Shown one piece after another: positions 62,001 to 64,000 of a stretch of DNA of 64,000 bases (position 1 is its first letter; the number at the start of each line of letters is the position of its first letter). A model generated the notes under the pieces. It made no database searches. It worked only from the letters and a program-made list of their open reading frames with translations, and was not told where the DNA came from. The stretch is from Phormidesmis sp. (GTDB lineage Bacteria > Cyanobacteriota > Cyanobacteriia > Leptolyngbyales > Leptolyngbyaceae). The position numbers were made by a program, and so were the translations under genes. Location: assembly GCA_965248535.1 (NCBI GenBank), contig CBDFJR010000002.1:2368001-2432000 (forward strand), read 5' to 3'.

Positions 62001-63503
62001 CACCTTGGCTCCGGGAACGACGACTTTCGCCAATTCCCAGAAGTTGTTAATCATCTGCTGCTTATCGACTTTCGCCGCCATTTCATCAAAGCCATCGAAA
62101 ATCAGCAACAGCTTGCCCATGCGGTTCAGTTGGTCAAAGACCTCGCTGTTAAGCCGAATATTATGCTGCGTAAAAAAGAAGCCTGCCAAAACATTCTCGA
62201 CGTTCAGAGCTTTGGCATAATCGCGTAAGGTAATGACAAGCGGCAATCGTGGGCGCTGTACTCCGCGCTCTTTCGCTTCCTGGTAGCGTTGTAGAGCCGT
62301 CCAAGCGTAGTGGAACGCGACCCAAGTTTTTCCTGTGCCGAATTCGCCCAGGACTGAAATATGTTCTTTCGCGGGATCATCAAGCCAGCGATCGAGATAG
62401 CCATCAATTCAACCGTCGCGCTCATCGTATCGACTTACGCCTAACCGTTGTTGGGTATCCGGATCAATTTCTTCCTTCGTGCAGCCCAACGGAACATAGC
62501 GCGTGTCAATCTTGCGATGTTTAATTTCAGTCTCTAACCATTTGATATAGCCTGTGAAATCTGCGTCTAAATCAACTAACTCATCAAAGGTGTAGCAGTC
62601 GAGATGTCGATTTTCGGGCTTTTCCACTTCATCACGGGCAGCACGACTAATCCGACGGGAAGTGACAAGCCAACCTTCATCGGTTTGCTGCGCCTCGACT
62701 GATTGCCGCAATGCCATCACATCCCGTAATTCTGCTTCGCCTTCAATGCCTCGGACTAAGATGCGATCGTATCTCCCCCGTCTGACCGGAATATTGAGAA
62801 TCCACTCAAACCCGTCCGCTTGCCACTGCTCATACGGCTCAAAGCGGTAGCCCAACGTTTCAAACCAACCGCGCATCTGTTGAGCGAGAGCAAACGCACG
62901 GCACTGCTCAGAAACTGAAGCCTCTGGCAAAGCGGGCAGCGATTGAGCCGCGAGTCTTGCCATCTCAGTGCGAATGCCTTCGATCGTGGGTAACCGTTCC
63001 AACCGATCTTGCACCTGGGCAACTTGGCGATGAAGCGAGTTCAGTTGTTGAGTCGTCAAGATATCCCCCGGAGTGCGCGTGCGTTTCGCGATCGCGATAA
63101 ACACCGCTGCAAACTGATAAAACTCTTGTCGCGCCTCGATTCCCAGCGCTCGAAGTTCATCGCCTAATGTGGCATTTTCAAGAAAGCTTTCTCCCGCTTT
63201 TGAGAGTACCGAGAAATTATCCTGCCCCCAGGCATCCTGAAACGCTTGACGAATTTCGGGCTGACGAAAGAGTTCCAACACGGCTTTGGGCTTTCCCACG
63301 CCATACTCCACCAAGGTGTAGGCATAAACACCACCAAAATCCGCAGGGGGGCTATCAGGACTGAGGTTGAACTGTTTTAACAGCCGAATGATCGCTTCAT
63401 TGCGCTCTAATTTGTCTCTCAGCAACGCAGTGGGATTGGCGATGCCAGTAATTGCTTGAATCAGGACGGTGAAATCGATCGGAATCACGGGGGCAGCCTC
63501 CAA
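59073..63503 (-). pseudogene. REase-like + NACHT + pentapeptide + WD40 protein split by one TGA (62409-62411)
   Basis: Both ORFs share a frame. The gap reads RDG*IDGYLDRWLDD..VLGEFGTGKT (Walker A). Also LIFDGFDEM, LTCR, many GH..WD repeats. Confidence 0.88.
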
Positions 63504-63648
63504 ACGGACGATTTCAAGCTAACTGTTTTGATGACGAGTTGCCAAGATCAAAACTATGAAATTTGATACCCGTACCACCTCTTTATGTCCACAACCCGTT
63601 CACCTATTGAGAATTTATTGCCAGCGCTGATGAACTCAAGAAACCGGG

Positions 63649-63852
63649 TCAGACTTTGAACATCAGAATTGGGCACAGTCGATCGAAAACTTCCACCAAT
63701 CCCGCTTGCACTTGGGTATCAATCACAGGTGTAGTTGGTTTGTAGGCAGGGGCTTTCTCAATCCGTCGTTCCTCTCGCAAGGTGATGCAAGCGATTCCTT
63801 CTAATCCCAACGATTCTTCAGTTTCATTCGCACTCGCACGAGTCAGATCAAG
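63649..63852 (-). pseudogene. RtcB-like C-terminal remnant
   Basis: CITLREERRIEKAPAYKP..VIDTQVQAGLVEV..RLCPILMFKV* resembles the RtcB EEAPxAYK region. Confidence 0.55.
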
Positions 63853-64000
63853 GCAAACAGTTCATCCAGTGGCGACTATAGATTTGATTTCCTATTCCAT
63901 TCACGCTCTCCTCAGATTATTCAGCATGAATTCAGCAATAAAATAGGGTCAACACAAATATTTAAGCTATTTTTCAGCACAGGTTCAGAAAAATCTTTTA

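Larger units (their letters stand above)
1..64000. repeat. Dispersed HIP1 octamers (GCGATCGC)
   Basis: Many copies throughout, e.g. near 2738, 5237, 8313, 52016; characteristic of cyanobacteria. Confidence 0.9.

Noticed and set aside
94..63364. Numerous short antisense or alternate-frame ORFs in the track
   Set aside because: They shadow long motif-bearing genes and lack an RBS or motifs. Only 16851..17522 and 22270..22701 were kept.
1..64000. rRNA, tRNA, transposase, integrase or Rep genes
   Set aside because: None recognised by eye.

Overview
This window is cyanobacterial DNA: the HIP1 octamer GCGATCGC is abundant. It looks like a large conjugative plasmid or an integrated plasmid remnant. 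1-10.8 kb holds type IV secretion genes (VirB8-like, VirB10-like, lysozyme/M23 hydrolase, VirD4). 10.9-16.5 kb is a cassette hotspot with an AT-rich HTH-CHAT-TPR gene, a structured 250-nt intergenic region, a retron-type reverse transcriptase, and stacked toxin-antitoxin cassettes separated by duplicated gene ends. 16.5-28.3 kb holds a decaying mobC/relaxase/parM block and a 2339-aa MTase-strawberry-notch helicase-primase with a probable nested gene. 28.4-34.3 kb is a PadR-controlled DevBCA exporter locus. 37.5-63.5 kb is a defence island. It contains DUF2779, McrBC with an SBD-like N-terminus, and a phosphorothioation (PT)-associated MTase. It also contains an Ssp-type PT cluster whose middle is replaced by an HTH-HNH cassette, a VapBC pair, and an REase-NACHT-WD40 gene split by one stop codon. 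The best candidates for undescribed systems are the CHAT-TPR/ncRNA/RT retron and the possibly PT-sensing McrBC. All family calls come from motif recognition by eye; no searches were run.
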